Positions 26,125 to 35,992 of a stretch of 38,169 nt of DNA are shown here, piece after piece. This stretch comes from a virus (taxonomy: Duplodnaviria; Caudoviricetes): the IMG/VR virus record IMGVR_UViG_3300046786_000064, positions 1 through 38,169 of that record; one strand, written 5' to 3'. Made by a program: the position numbers and the translations under genes. Each line of letters begins with the position of its first letter. The stretch's first letter is position 1. The notes below the pieces were generated by a model. That model saw only the letters and a list, made by a program, of their open reading frames with translations, had not been told where the DNA came from and did no database searches.

Positions 26125-26796
26125 TTATGAAGTAAGGTTAGACACGAAGGTCAATGTGGCAATTACAGATGCTGTTGTTGGCCTTGTTGGTGATGTGCCA
26201 GCAGGGTAGGCTTGAATTGTTACAGCAGTGTTTGGCGTTGACCACCAAATCTCAACAAAGTCATTTGCATTGAGTGTGACAAAGTAGTTCCAGCCAGCAA
26301 TGATGTGACCATCTATTCCACCGTGTTTACTTGGAATTCCAATAAATCCTGTTGAACCATCAACATCTACGCCAGCACCAGATGAATCTTTACGCAGCCA
26401 AATACTTGCATCATGCTCTTGAGTGTCAGAGTTTTGAAATTGCGCACTGAATTGAAGGTTATAGATGCCAGCCTGTTCAACCGTTAGCCTTGACGCTTTT
26501 CCACCACTTGTTACAACAGACACGCCATTGGAAAAGTCTGTTGTGTTGAATGTCATCACAGTGGCAGTGTTGGCTGTGGCTGTCTGGTCTGTGGTGTCCT
26601 GAAATGCGCCGTAAGGCATATTTAGGAACTTACCACCGCGAGTGCCAAACAAGGTTGTCAAGGCAGATGACAGCCTCAAGAAGAAGGTGCGAAGCAGTCC
26701 GTTGGTCTGCGCAACAGTTAGACGGTCATACCTGTCTTGCGGGTTAGGCAAGTCAGGCAGGGCTGGTGTGTCTAGCTTTTGTGTTCCGTTTGACAT
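26125..26796 (-). CDS. Probable tail structural protein (C1q/TNF-like beta sandwich)
   Basis: PYGAFQDTTDQ, AGIYNLQFSAQ, LNANDFVEIWW. Confidence 0.6.
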   Translation of the reverse strand: MSNGTQKLDTPALPDLPNPQDRYDRLTVAQTNGLLRTFFLRLSSALTTLFGTRGGKFLNMPYGAFQDTTDQTATANTATVMTFNTTDFSNGVSVVTSGGKASRLTVEQAGIYNLQFSAQFQNSDTQEHDASIWLRKDSSGAGVDVDGSTGFIGIPSKHGGIDGHIIAGWNYFVTLNANDFVEIWWSTPNTAVTIQAYPAGTSPTRPTTASVIATLTFVSNLTS

Positions 26797-26816
26797 AGCC
26801 CATATTTTCGCCCAAA

Positions 26817-27416
26817 TTAGCCTTGCAAAACCGCCAGTGCTTCATTGGTGTGTTTGATTCGGTCATCTAGACCAATCGTTCCACCATTGATTTTCTTGGT
26901 CAAGGCAATCCAATCTGCGGCTTCAGCCAAGACATTGCAGTTGTGGGTTGACCAAAACCAGCCAGCAGTTAGGGCTGCATACTTTGGCGTTGCCACCAAG
27001 TCAGGCTGCATCACAAAGTCAACGCCCAAGGCTTTGCCAGCGTGAAAGTAGTTTGTATGTCCAGTTAATTGGATGCAACCTCTGCCAATAAAACGAGCAG
27101 CATCGCCTGACGCTTCGTTCCTGTTTCCCATACGGTCACAGTAAACCTTGTTGGCAATCTTGCTCGGCTGACCAGCGTACTGGTTTGCCACCTCCAATGT
27201 AGGAAAACGCTTGGGCCACAGCTTCATCAAGGTGGCTGCTTTGTAGTTCAAGTTTTCCTTCAAGACCTTGAAGTTGCCGCACTCATGTCCACACTGCCCA
27301 ATGAAAGCAGCCTGTTGGCGCGGCGTATTGATTCCAAAACGCTCAAATGTCTCATTGAGCGCATCAACCCATTCTGCGCCAATGTGCAGTTTTGCTAGTT
27401 GCTCACTTGTTACCAT
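26817..27416 (-). CDS. Endolysin, glycoside hydrolase family 19
   Basis: AAFIGQCGHECG, ENLNY, GRGCIQLTGHTNY, AGWFW, TKKINGGTIGLDDR. Confidence 0.92.
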   Translation of the reverse strand: MVTSEQLAKLHIGAEWVDALNETFERFGINTPRQQAAFIGQCGHECGNFKVLKENLNYKAATLMKLWPKRFPTLEVANQYAGQPSKIANKVYCDRMGNRNEASGDAARFIGRGCIQLTGHTNYFHAGKALGVDFVMQPDLVATPKYAALTAGWFWSTHNCNVLAEAADWIALTKKINGGTIGLDDRIKHTNEALAVLQG

Positions 27417-27861
27417 TGATCGTGTCCCTTACTTGGTTGTAGGCTGCGATACAGGCGTTGAGTCTGTTGATGGCTTGATCTCCTTCTGCTGCGAGTTGAG
27501 CAATAAGGAGGAGAGTCTGTCTGTCAGATTCGCTTGCATCGGTTTGATTTCCGCTGGCAGCGGTGGTATTTGTGGCGGTTTGTACGCAACTTGAGGAGCC
27601 GAAGCGCACCCTGCCAGAACGAATGGCAGCATCAAGATCAGTTTGTTTTTTGGTGACAACATCGTTTGCCTCTTTCAGTTGTGAAGATGTTTGGTTCAAG
27701 TCTTCAGAGAGCTTTTGCTCCTTGGCGCGAGACTCCTCGTTAAGCCTTGCAATCTCAACTTGCATCTCTGCATCGCGCTCCTTGTAGCCTTCATGCGTCC
27801 CGTACTTGTACGTTCCAAGCACCACAAAGATAACGCCAATAATCATCCAAGGGTTTACCAT
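27403..27861 (-). CDS. i-spanin (Rz-like)
   Basis: N-terminal TM, coiled coil, AAEGDQAINRLNAC; next to the endolysin. Confidence 0.82.
   Translation of the reverse strand: MVNPWMIIGVIFVVLGTYKYGTHEGYKERDAEMQVEIARLNEESRAKEQKLSEDLNQTSSQLKEANDVVTKKQTDLDAAIRSGRVRFGSSSCVQTATNTTAASGNQTDASESDRQTLLLIAQLAAEGDQAINRLNACIAAYNQVRDTINGNK
27429..27662 (-). CDS. o-spanin (Rz1-like lipoprotein) embedded in the i-spanin
   Basis: Lipobox LAGC, Pro-rich mature region, alternative frame inside the Rz-like gene. Confidence 0.75.
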   Translation of the reverse strand: MLSPKNKLILMLPFVLAGCASAPQVAYKPPQIPPLPAEIKPMQANLTDRLSSLLLNSQQKEIKPSTDSTPVSQPTTK

Positions 27862-28331
27862 CAGACTTCCCCTTTAGCCGCTGCACGTTCATGTGCAATT
27901 TCTTCTGCTGACGGGTCAATGAAATCTGGCGATGTAGCTGGTGGTGGAGGAGGAACCCAAGACTCGTCCAATGCAGGATTGACCCATACAGGCAACGCGC
28001 CTGATGGGTCAACTGGCTTTGGGGGCTGTGTGTCTCCCTTTGGTGGCTCTGACTTAGGCGCAGCCACTTGAGCCGCAGCCTGAATCCCTTTGCGGCTCAT
28101 TACACCGCCGATACCACCAACCACCAAAAGAACAATGTCGTTCAACATCTTGGTGTATGCCATATCAATTGGAGCCATTGACTTGATGGGCTGGACCACG
28201 AAGGTCACAGAGTACAACAAGGCAATCACAATGAAGGCAAGGATTAGGGTTACTACCCCCACAACAAAACCCCATACTAGGGTTTCAATTTCTTCAACGC
28301 TCCGATGACGCTGCTGGTTGGCTTGGTTCAA
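27861..28331 (-). CDS. Two-TM membrane protein, candidate holin
   Basis: Two TM helices, Pro-rich tail; probable TTG start at 28331 with GGAG SD. Confidence 0.6.
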   Translation of the reverse strand: MNQANQQRHRSVEEIETLVWGFVVGVVTLILAFIVIALLYSVTFVVQPIKSMAPIDMAYTKMLNDIVLLVVGGIGGVMSRKGIQAAAQVAAPKSEPPKGDTQPPKPVDPSGALPVWVNPALDESWVPPPPPATSPDFIDPSAEEIAHERAAAKGEV

Positions 28332-28509
28332 TTTTCTTCTCCAATACTGGTGCAACTAGATACTCAGGACAAGTCTGCGTGAACAGACAACGGGGCTTCT
28401 GACATTCCGCTGACGCAAATTTGTCAGGATTCTGGCAAGCGTAGCGGTATCGGTCTTCACATCCAGCAATGCTAATCAGCATCAGCAGGGTCAGTACGAT
28501 TCTTTTCAT
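28294..28509 (-). CDS. Small Cys-rich lipoprotein
   Basis: MKRIVLTLLMLISIAG-CEDRYRYACQNP...C...C...C; lipobox IAGC. Confidence 0.75.
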   Translation of the reverse strand: MKRIVLTLLMLISIAGCEDRYRYACQNPDKFASAECQKPRCLFTQTCPEYLVAPVLEKKIEPSQPAASSER

Positions 28510-28657
28510 TTCGTTTCTTTTCCTTTTCTTCAAGCCTGATGACAAGCGCGTTGACCTTCTTGAGCTGCTTGTCCGTGTGCAGCACCACAAATGACAACAT
28601 CATGATGCAGAAGATGAGCAGTGTGACGATTGCAACCCAAAACCAAAATTCCTTCAT
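28472..28657 (-). CDS. Small single-TM protein
   Basis: MKEFWFWVAIVTLLIFCIMMLSFVVL..., ATG overlapping the upstream stop. Confidence 0.62.
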   Translation of the reverse strand: MKEFWFWVAIVTLLIFCIMMLSFVVLHTDKQLKKVNALVIRLEEKEKKRNEKNRTDPADAD

Positions 28658-29391
28658 AGAGTGAAATACATTCCAATCAGTTGCAGAAAGCCCATCGCCA
28701 CTGCTATTGCGTAGGTCACTTTGGCGATCAGAATTTCTTTGCGGTGTTCTAGTCGCCATCGGTTGTCCCGTTCTCTCTTTGCCTTTAGCTCACGCGCAAC
28801 CTCTTGTTCCTCTAAGATTTCATCGTACTTAGCCAAGAACTCCTTGTACATCGACCCAAGACCAAGCGACTCTGGTGTCCCGTAAATCATTGCTTGTTTC
28901 AACTGAGCTGACAACTGATTCATCTGCCACTGAATCTCAATCCTATCAATCGCACTATCGGCAACCTTGTCGGTGGTCAATGCCAGCTCGTCTAGTTCTC
29001 GGCAGTGCGCTTTCAGATGCCTCATGGCCTCAAAGTAAATCTTCAAGTTCTCGCAGATTTCGTGGACTGCTCTGGCTTGGAACTCCTCAAAACTTAACTC
29101 GACTTCTGGTTCTCGTTTGGATTTTTTCGCGGATGGTTTGGTTGGCTCGGAGGCAACGGCTTGCTTGGCGATAACGCTTCCAGCAGATTGCTTAGACGCT
29201 CCCAATAAACCTTTGAGCCATCCCCAGATTCCAGTGACTTCTTTGTAGATTGCTTTAGCGTCAGCCACGCCGCCTTCCACTGTCTTTTTAAGCTTTGACA
29301 GCTCCTGACGACCATCTGACAACATTTGACAGCCAGCGCGGATTGCGCCGACTGCACTCTGCGCCATAAGGAGGAGAGAGATTGGGTCCAC
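28654..29391 (-). CDS. Coiled-coil protein with C-terminal TM (lysis region)
   Basis: 245 aa starting MDPISLL; hydrophobic C-terminus. Confidence 0.75.
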   Translation of the reverse strand: MDPISLLLMAQSAVGAIRAGCQMLSDGRQELSKLKKTVEGGVADAKAIYKEVTGIWGWLKGLLGASKQSAGSVIAKQAVASEPTKPSAKKSKREPEVELSFEEFQARAVHEICENLKIYFEAMRHLKAHCRELDELALTTDKVADSAIDRIEIQWQMNQLSAQLKQAMIYGTPESLGLGSMYKEFLAKYDEILEEQEVARELKAKRERDNRWRLEHRKEILIAKVTYAIAVAMGFLQLIGMYFTL

Positions 29392-29392
29392 A

Positions 29393-29572
29393 TCACTTGA
29401 TGTGCGTAATAGTTGACCAGATCACGCCAGCCATGCTGATAGTCAGAACTCCAAAAGCCTTGATGATGATTCCTTCAAGGCGTTTGAGTCTGGCGTTGAT
29501 CTGCTCGTAGCGCATCGCACAAACTTCTTCGTGCGTTGAAAGACGAGCGTCAGTTGCGTCAATGGTTGCCAT
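29393..29572 (-). CDS. Small coiled-coil plus TM protein (59 aa; hemolysin XhlA/holin-like architecture)
   Basis: MATIDATDARLSTHEEVCAMRYEQINARLKRLEGIIIKAFGVLTISMAGVIWSTITHIK. Confidence 0.75.
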   Translation of the reverse strand: MATIDATDARLSTHEEVCAMRYEQINARLKRLEGIIIKAFGVLTISMAGVIWSTITHIK

Positions 29573-30111
29573 CAGTCAGCCTTGGGCCAGTTCTGAGCGC
29601 CAACAACAGCAGCCAATGCGTCAACGTCAGCAGCGCCAGCAATAGCAGCCAACAGACGGTCACATTCAACTAGCACAGCAGCGCGGTAGGCTACGGTGGC
29701 AGCAGGGATTGCAACGTCACGTTCAGCCTTACGGATGACCATCCAATCGGTTGCAGCCAAGAGCTTGTTGGTGGTGTCCTTGATCTGTGCAGACCAAGTT
29801 GACTTCAAGCCTTTGGCAACCAAACGCTCAGAAGTATCAACCATTGCTGGCTCACCATTGACTTCACCCAAGACCTTGACGTACAAGGGATTGCCCTGCT
29901 CATCAGATTCCTCACGGTCATTGAGGAGTTTTGGATTGCCTACACCCCAGTAAAAGCGATCATCGTAGCTTTCAGGGTCAGCCACTTCAGTGATACCGAT
30001 GGCAGCACGTTCTTCGGCAGAAGCCAAGCGCAACCAGTTGGCAGGGTAAGAGATTTCGTTGTGAACAAATGGCATATCCAACGCCAATGGTTTGTTGTCT
30101 AGTTGAAACAT
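29572..30111 (-). CDS. Tail fibre assembly/chaperone-like protein
   Basis: YPANWLRL, YDDRFYW, LLAATDWMVIRKAE...YRAAV; follows the tail fibre. Confidence 0.7.
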   Translation of the reverse strand: MFQLDNKPLALDMPFVHNEISYPANWLRLASAEERAAIGITEVADPESYDDRFYWGVGNPKLLNDREESDEQGNPLYVKVLGEVNGEPAMVDTSERLVAKGLKSTWSAQIKDTTNKLLAATDWMVIRKAERDVAIPAATVAYRAAVLVECDRLLAAIAGAADVDALAAVVGAQNWPKAD

Positions 30112-30120
30112 TGTCTTTCC

Positions 30121-32442
30121 TTATCGTGCAAGTGAGTTCTTGAATGGGTTTTCAGCGAAGGCTGCGTAGATGAATGTGTCGCCGCTGCCATTCAATGCAT
30201 TTCCGTTTGATCTAATTTTGAATCCGTTAGATACAAAATCAATATCGTAACCAGATGTTGTGTATTCAGCATCAGACACGTTTGCATACAATTCTTTTAT
30301 TGAAGCGTTGTATGTGTCGCGGGAAGAATCTTTAATCATCCACCAATAGCTGCCGTTTGATGTCACCTTCAACATGACGTAGCGGGGACGGAATCCTAAG
30401 TACACAAACGGGCCATTAGCGACCCCGTTACCTGTGTAGCTGCCGAACTTGGAGTAGCCTGCGACTTCTGCGAACAGGTAGGCGACATAGGTTGCTGCTG
30501 ACAAGTTCACGTCATCGTAGCCTGACGATGGAGAACCGCCGACAGTAAAGACCGAAGATGTTGGCGCGGTGTTGTTCCAGAAGCCAGCAACGGTTGACGC
30601 TGCACCAGTTAAGTTTAGTTGGATGCCCTGTGTGGCTCCAAGGCTTGTGTGATAAACAATCCAGTTGCGTCCAGCAGAACTGCGAGACTTAACAATCATC
30701 ATCTTAGGCGCAACACCAAGGCTGTGAGCAATAGTTGTTGCAGAGCCAGTACCCGTATAGGTCACAATGTCAAAGCCAGCAGAGACGCTTTCTTTCCATT
30801 GCCAAGCGACATAGCTATTTGAAGATTGGTTGTAGTTGTCTCTGTTCGTACCGCCAAGAACCCTGAACCCGTCTGAGTTAAACGCAGCCACACCATCACT
30901 TGCCGATGTGCCATCGTACTCAGCGTTTGTAAGGTTTGAATTGATAACCTTGTAAGCACCGCGAACAGCGTCTGTCAGGTAATGAGCAAACGCTGCACCT
31001 CTGTTTTTAATCCAAACCAAGTCAGGCTGCATCGCGCCAGAGTTGACAATGTTGTTGGTGCTCGCATTACCTGTATAGGTAGTCGCATCAAAGTAAGCAT
31101 TGCCCTTCTTGATAGTCGCATCAGGCAAGTTCTGCGTGTTCAGCGCCTTGAAGCCTGTGGGTGGGGTGTAGGTGAAGGGCTGTTGTCCAAAATTCACTTG
31201 GAATGTTGTAGCCGCAGAGGATGAGCCATCCGCAAAATATGGGAAGAACGTATCTGCCGTTACAGAGTATGTAATTGCGCCTTGACTTGTATTATTTTTG
31301 TAGAACGTAACAGTTCCAGCGCCAACGTCAACAGCAACGCCAATCACATCATTTGTTGTGTATGTAGCCCCATAAGAAGAAGAAGCGCCGTTCACCCACT
31401 TAATTCCTGTCGAACCGTAGTACGCAAGAATTAAAGAAGTGCTAGAAGTCATAACACCACAAAAGGCTTCGTTGCCATTTGATGTCCCAATATATTCCCA
31501 ATACCATTTGCCGCTGGTTGGTATTCCAACTGTGCCTAACGCATACGAAGTTCCAGAAACGGCTGTTGCAACGGTTAAGTTTGCGTTTGATGGCGTGACA
31601 CCTACAGAAGCCAATGGGTTGATGGTGCAGTAATTCCCCCGCCCATTCCCGCCATCAGCCCACATCGTAGGCACATCAAGCATTGAGTCGTATGTAGCGC
31701 CGCTGGTCACAGAGATGTTGTTCGGTGTCCAGTTGTTGCCGTTGCCAGAGCTGTCCTTGCCAATGGTGGCTGCGGTGTTGTTGCTGTTGTCTGAGAAGTT
31801 CAGATAAAAGCCGTTCGTGCCGTATGTGCCAGCGTACTTCTTAGCTTTCCACACGCCAGTAATGCTGTCTGTTTCACCAAAGCTCGATGGTGTTAGGGCT
31901 TGACCGTCAATGAAGTTGACTTCGGTTAGGTAGCCGTCCACATACTCAACGCCACTTGGGAATCTTCCAAGATTATGGACATTCGCGCTGTTGATGTAGT
32001 CGCCAAAGTTTAGGGTTGGATATGATGCAGTACCAAACGCAGTAACTTGCTGACCGTTCACATACAGCTTTAATCTGTTACTTGATGTGGCTTGAGTGTC
32101 GTCATAAACAAAGACAATGTGATACCAAGCTGATGGGTCACGATAAACTGCTGTTGTAGTTAAACTTGCGCCACTGTTTGTAGACGCATAGCGAATTTGA
32201 TCGGATGAAGTAAACCCGATATACGCATAAACACTTGATGATGGATAACCAGCAAAGATTGTTTGAGCAGACCCCAACGCACCGCGCTTAACCCATGCGC
32301 TCCATGTCCAAGTGTTTCTGTTTCCTGCACTTGCAGGTGTCCGATTGAAATAAGCAGTCGCACTTGAGCGCAGACGCACAGAACGGCTGATGTCGTAGCC
32401 TTCGCCACCAAGCAGCATTGGGATTGCGTTAATTACGCTCAT
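30121..32442 (-). CDS. Tail fibre/receptor-binding protein with ConA-like (LamG) and SPRY domains
   Basis: [65 protein letters not shown]. Confidence 0.82.
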   Translation of the reverse strand: MSVINAIPMLLGGEGYDISRSVRLRSSATAYFNRTPASAGNRNTWTWSAWVKRGALGSAQTIFAGYPSSSVYAYIGFTSSDQIRYASTNSGASLTTTAVYRDPSAWYHIVFVYDDTQATSSNRLKLYVNGQQVTAFGTASYPTLNFGDYINSANVHNLGRFPSGVEYVDGYLTEVNFIDGQALTPSSFGETDSITGVWKAKKYAGTYGTNGFYLNFSDNSNNTAATIGKDSSGNGNNWTPNNISVTSGATYDSMLDVPTMWADGGNGRGNYCTINPLASVGVTPSNANLTVATAVSGTSYALGTVGIPTSGKWYWEYIGTSNGNEAFCGVMTSSTSLILAYYGSTGIKWVNGASSSYGATYTTNDVIGVAVDVGAGTVTFYKNNTSQGAITYSVTADTFFPYFADGSSSAATTFQVNFGQQPFTYTPPTGFKALNTQNLPDATIKKGNAYFDATTYTGNASTNNIVNSGAMQPDLVWIKNRGAAFAHYLTDAVRGAYKVINSNLTNAEYDGTSASDGVAAFNSDGFRVLGGTNRDNYNQSSNSYVAWQWKESVSAGFDIVTYTGTGSATTIAHSLGVAPKMMIVKSRSSAGRNWIVYHTSLGATQGIQLNLTGAASTVAGFWNNTAPTSSVFTVGGSPSSGYDDVNLSAATYVAYLFAEVAGYSKFGSYTGNGVANGPFVYLGFRPRYVMLKVTSNGSYWWMIKDSSRDTYNASIKELYANVSDAEYTTSGYDIDFVSNGFKIRSNGNALNGSGDTFIYAAFAENPFKNSLAR

Positions 32443-32987
32443 TTGCGATCACCAATCAGACGGGCTGTGATGTTGGTTGTGCTGTCAACGTAATAGGCCA
32501 AGATGTCAACAGCAGCAGCGGTTGTTGTCAGCGTTGGAGCAACACCAGCAGCAAAGTCCCAATAAGAGCCAAACGCCAATGTGCGTGAGCCTGTTGCGTC
32601 TTGAGTAATCTTGATGATTCCAGACTGACCAGCCACCAAGTTGGTAGGGTTAGCCAATGTGCGGTTGCCACCTAAAGTGACGCTGAAGTTGTTTGCAGCA
32701 GCAAAGTCAGGTGTGATCGTTGCACCGTCTGTCAGGGCTGTCACAGCGCCACGCTGCGCAACCGTAAATGAGTTCACATCGGTAAGACCAGCAGCGCCTA
32801 GAGCTGTACGGGCAGCAGATGCAGTTGCTCCACCAGTACCGCCTTTAGTGATCTTGAGGATTGGACCAGCGTCAAACAACGCATCAATGGTGTCCAAGTC
32901 GTTGTTGATCTTGGTTCCCCATGTATCGGTTGATGCCCCGACTTCTGGTTTGGTCAGCGATAGGTTCGTTGTGGTGGTATCAGCCAT
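32439..32987 (-). CDS. Tail fibre proximal/adaptor protein
   Basis: [40 protein letters not shown]. Confidence 0.72.
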   Translation of the reverse strand: MADTTTTNLSLTKPEVGASTDTWGTKINNDLDTIDALFDAGPILKITKGGTGGATASAARTALGAAGLTDVNSFTVAQRGAVTALTDGATITPDFAAANNFSVTLGGNRTLANPTNLVAGQSGIIKITQDATGSRTLAFGSYWDFAAGVAPTLTTTAAAVDILAYYVDSTTNITARLIGDRK

Positions 32988-32999
32988 TTTCAGTCCTCT

Positions 33000-34667
33000 T
33001 TAGGCATCTTGCCATGTTTCACTATTGTCAGGGATTTTCTCCCAACTTTCCGATGTATCTTCAATTGGTGTCCACGACCCGCCATTTGCGGATATTGGTG
33101 TCCAACTCTCATCCGTGTCTGGTATGCCCTGCCAATCCTCTGGCGTATCGTCAATGTCACGCCAATAGAAGATTCCAAAACTACCAACTGCACCCTGTAC
33201 GATTTCCCCAATTATCTCAAGAGTTCGGGCTAATTGCGCGTCACCTTGGTCAACTGATGAAGAAACTCCTGACAGAGCAATTTCAGTGGCAGATGATGCA
33301 ACCACATCGCCAACAGCGCAAGTGGCAGAAACGCTGGAAATGGCAACCGTGACAGCATTTGTGACAGAGCCAACAGAGCCAGTTGCAGCGTTTCCAGCAA
33401 TGCTTAATCGTCCAGTAAGCGTCCCAACAGAGCCAGTTGCAGATGTTCCTGTGATGGCAACTGAGGCAGAGCCAGTGACAGAACCGACATTACCAGTACC
33501 AACAACGCCATCCTCTTGCTCAGACACGATTGTCGTGACCGTTCCAGCACTCAGGGTTGACGATGCACCCGTCAAGGCAAATGACGTTGCGCCACGGGAA
33601 ACTGTGCCAACAGAGCCAGTTGACGAAACACCCGTGATGCTGGTCGGGATAGCGTAAGAAACGCTACCAACAGACAATGTTGAGGCGTTGCCAGTTATTG
33701 CATGGCTTCTTGTCTCAGCAACACTTCCAACAGACAGCGTTGAAGCATTGCCAGACAAAGCAATTGATGTCGCACCACGGCTAACTGAGCCAACCGAACC
33801 AGTTGCAGAGTTGCCGTTCTCGGCAATAGAAGCCAATGGTGTAACGCTGCCAACAGACAATGTGGAAGCATTGCCAGACAGGGCAAATGATGTTGCGCCA
33901 CGCGCCACGGAACCGACAGCAGTGGTTGAGGCGTTGCCAGTTACAGCTTTAGAGACTGAAATACCAACAGAGCCAACACTGCCAGTTGCAGACGTTCCGT
34001 CTTCCTGTTTGGATATGACTTCTGCAACGCTGCCAACGGCTGCTGTTGAGGCGTTTCCAGATACTGCAACTGCATTTGTTTCAGCAACAGAGCCAACAGA
34101 TGCTGTTGATGCGTTTCCAGTTATGGCTTTAGAGACTGAAACTCCAACAGTTCCAACGCTACCAGTTGCAACCGTTCCGTCCTCTTGAGTCGAAATGACC
34201 TCTGTGACGCTTCCAACAGACAAGGTTGAAGCATTACCAGACAGAGCAATTGATGTTGCACCGCGAGATACTGTTCCAACAGCCGTTGTTGATGCGTTGC
34301 CAGTTAAAGCCTGTGAATGAGTTAAGCCAACCGAGCCAACCTGACCAGTTGCTGATGTACCGTCTTCCTGCTTGGAGATGACTTCTGTGACGCTACCAAC
34401 CGCAGTGGTTGACGCATTGCCAAATGTGGCAACTGCCAACGAATCATTGACGGAACCAACTGAGCTTGTGATGGCATTGCCAGAGATGGCAACGCTTATG
34501 ACAGGAGTGAAAGTCCCTGTCTGACCTGTGGCTGCGACAGTTGAAAGGTAAATCGGGCCAATGCCGTACCTTCCAACGCCGTAGTTGGCTGCGCCATACT
34601 GTCCGTATTGATAGATGGTCGTGCTGTATGTACCACGTCCATAAGCACCACCACCATAAGCAGCCAT
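33000..34667 (-). CDS. Ser/Thr/Gly-rich repetitive virion protein (fibre-like)
   Basis: About 20 tandem ~21-aa repeats GN/T-A/S-S/A-TxxVGSV; YG-rich N-terminus; W-repeat acidic C-terminus. Confidence 0.75.
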   Translation of the reverse strand: MAAYGGGAYGRGTYSTTIYQYGQYGAANYGVGRYGIGPIYLSTVAATGQTGTFTPVISVAISGNAITSSVGSVNDSLAVATFGNASTTAVGSVTEVISKQEDGTSATGQVGSVGLTHSQALTGNASTTAVGTVSRGATSIALSGNASTLSVGSVTEVISTQEDGTVATGSVGTVGVSVSKAITGNASTASVGSVAETNAVAVSGNASTAAVGSVAEVISKQEDGTSATGSVGSVGISVSKAVTGNASTTAVGSVARGATSFALSGNASTLSVGSVTPLASIAENGNSATGSVGSVSRGATSIALSGNASTLSVGSVAETRSHAITGNASTLSVGSVSYAIPTSITGVSSTGSVGTVSRGATSFALTGASSTLSAGTVTTIVSEQEDGVVGTGNVGSVTGSASVAITGTSATGSVGTLTGRLSIAGNAATGSVGSVTNAVTVAISSVSATCAVGDVVASSATEIALSGVSSSVDQGDAQLARTLEIIGEIVQGAVGSFGIFYWRDIDDTPEDWQGIPDTDESWTPISANGGSWTPIEDTSESWEKIPDNSETWQDA

Positions 34668-34698
34668 TTATTAAATGTAGCTGTTGCCAGCTACATCC

Positions 34699-35154
34699 TT
34701 ACGCTAAACGAATCAAGCCAGTGCTTGCATCGTTGGTTGGCATTGTCAATGTGAAAGTGCCAGCCGTAACTGTCTGCGAACCAAATGTATGAACGCTCAC
34801 AGCCTTGTTGCTTTGAGTTGAGTTGTAAACCAACACAGCGTCAAATGCAGTTGAGAGTGTCACGTTAGTGAACGTGATGCTGGCAGAAGGAGTCCAGTAG
34901 GCAGTTGTACCGCTAGTTGCAGGAGCAGTGCCGTTAGTCACAGCAACACCACCAGCAGTGTAGTTTGTACCTGTCACTTCGCCAGTAGAGCTGTACGCAG
35001 TTGTTGATGCGTTCACTGTGGCAGAAGCCAAGTACAAGGCTGCTTTGAACGAGTCAGCAGTAGTTGCACCGCGAACAACGCCAGTACCAAAGTTGTGATG
35101 ACCGACCAGTAATTCGCCCTTGAACGAAGTACACATCGCTTGAGTGTTTGCCAT
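34699..35154 (-). CDS. Virion structural protein
   Basis: MCTSFKGELL, FKAALY, EVTGTNYTAGG, TAGTFTLTMP; AAGGA SD. Confidence 0.7.
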   Translation of the reverse strand: MANTQAMCTSFKGELLVGHHNFGTGVVRGATTADSFKAALYLASATVNASTTAYSSTGEVTGTNYTAGGVAVTNGTAPATSGTTAYWTPSASITFTNVTLSTAFDAVLVYNSTQSNKAVSVHTFGSQTVTAGTFTLTMPTNDASTGLIRLA

Positions 35155-35164
35155 GATGGATTCC

Positions 35165-35359
35165 TTATCCTAAAGAAGCTGCCACTGGTTCGCCTGTTAC
35201 GGAGAAACGCTTTAAAACCATATCGACAGATCGGTGAACTAACTCACCTTCGTGCCAATATTCAACCCAACGAGTTGTCTCGTTATCGTTGTCAATTATC
35301 CCCTCTTTTTTCTCAAGTAGCGCATCATCCATGTCGCCCTTAGTCGTAAAAATCATCAT
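35165..35359 (-). CDS. Small hypothetical protein
   Basis: AGGAG SD; TTKGDMD...WVEYWHEGELVHRS. Confidence 0.72.
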   Translation of the reverse strand: MMIFTTKGDMDDALLEKKEGIIDNDNETTRWVEYWHEGELVHRSVDMVLKRFSVTGEPVAASLG

Positions 35360-35371
35360 TTCAATTTCTCC

Positions 35372-35992
35372 TTATCCAAATGTTCTTGCTCTTGCGATCA
35401 AAGCGCCACCCGAAGAAGCGCCACGATCATCTGATACTTGCAAGTCTTCCAACGCACTGATGTACATAGAAGACCAGACAGCAATGCGAGCATCGTCCTT
35501 CAAGTAGGGCGCTGCTTGCATCAATGTGCCGTACAAATACGCATCACTCGCGGCTGTCAACAACCAGTTTGTGGTGTTGGTGCTTGATAGCTTTGACAGT
35601 TTTGCGTAGTAAGTCAATTCTGCCGTGTAGGAATCATCAGCAACTGGCACTGTGCGCATCTGATTTCCAACGATAGAAAAGAATCGCGGCTTGCTAGAAG
35701 ACGGGTATTGCTGCTGCAAGTTATCCAACGAATCAATCGTTTCAAACTGCAATGGAGTCACAGGGTTTGTCTGCAACTTCAATGATTTGACTTCAAGGAA
35801 ATCATCTGGCAATGCGCTGTATTCAGTGCTGATTGTGGCGCTGGCGCGTGAAATCATCTGACGTGTACGCAGCTTGCGCTCCATCTGAGCTTCTGCCAAA
35901 GAGATGAAGTCAGGGATTGCAGTAGTCAGGTCAGATCGGTTCAACCAATCTGCAACGGATGACTTTAGTTCTGCGTAGGTCGAGAGTGCCAT
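35372..35992 (-). CDS. Head-tail adaptor / tail tubular protein A-like
   Basis: TYAELKSSVADWLNRSDL..IPDFISLAEA, LPDDFLE, TNWLL...YLYGTL..AAPYLKDD. Confidence 0.75.
   Translation of the reverse strand: MALSTYAELKSSVADWLNRSDLTTAIPDFISLAEAQMERKLRTRQMISRASATISTEYSALPDDFLEVKSLKLQTNPVTPLQFETIDSLDNLQQQYPSSSKPRFFSIVGNQMRTVPVADDSYTAELTYYAKLSKLSSTNTTNWLLTAASDAYLYGTLMQAAPYLKDDARIAVWSSMYISALEDLQVSDDRGASSGGALIARARTFG

Noticed and set aside
30121-32442. Diversity-generating retroelement target
   Set aside because: No reverse transcriptase gene and no template repeat noticed.
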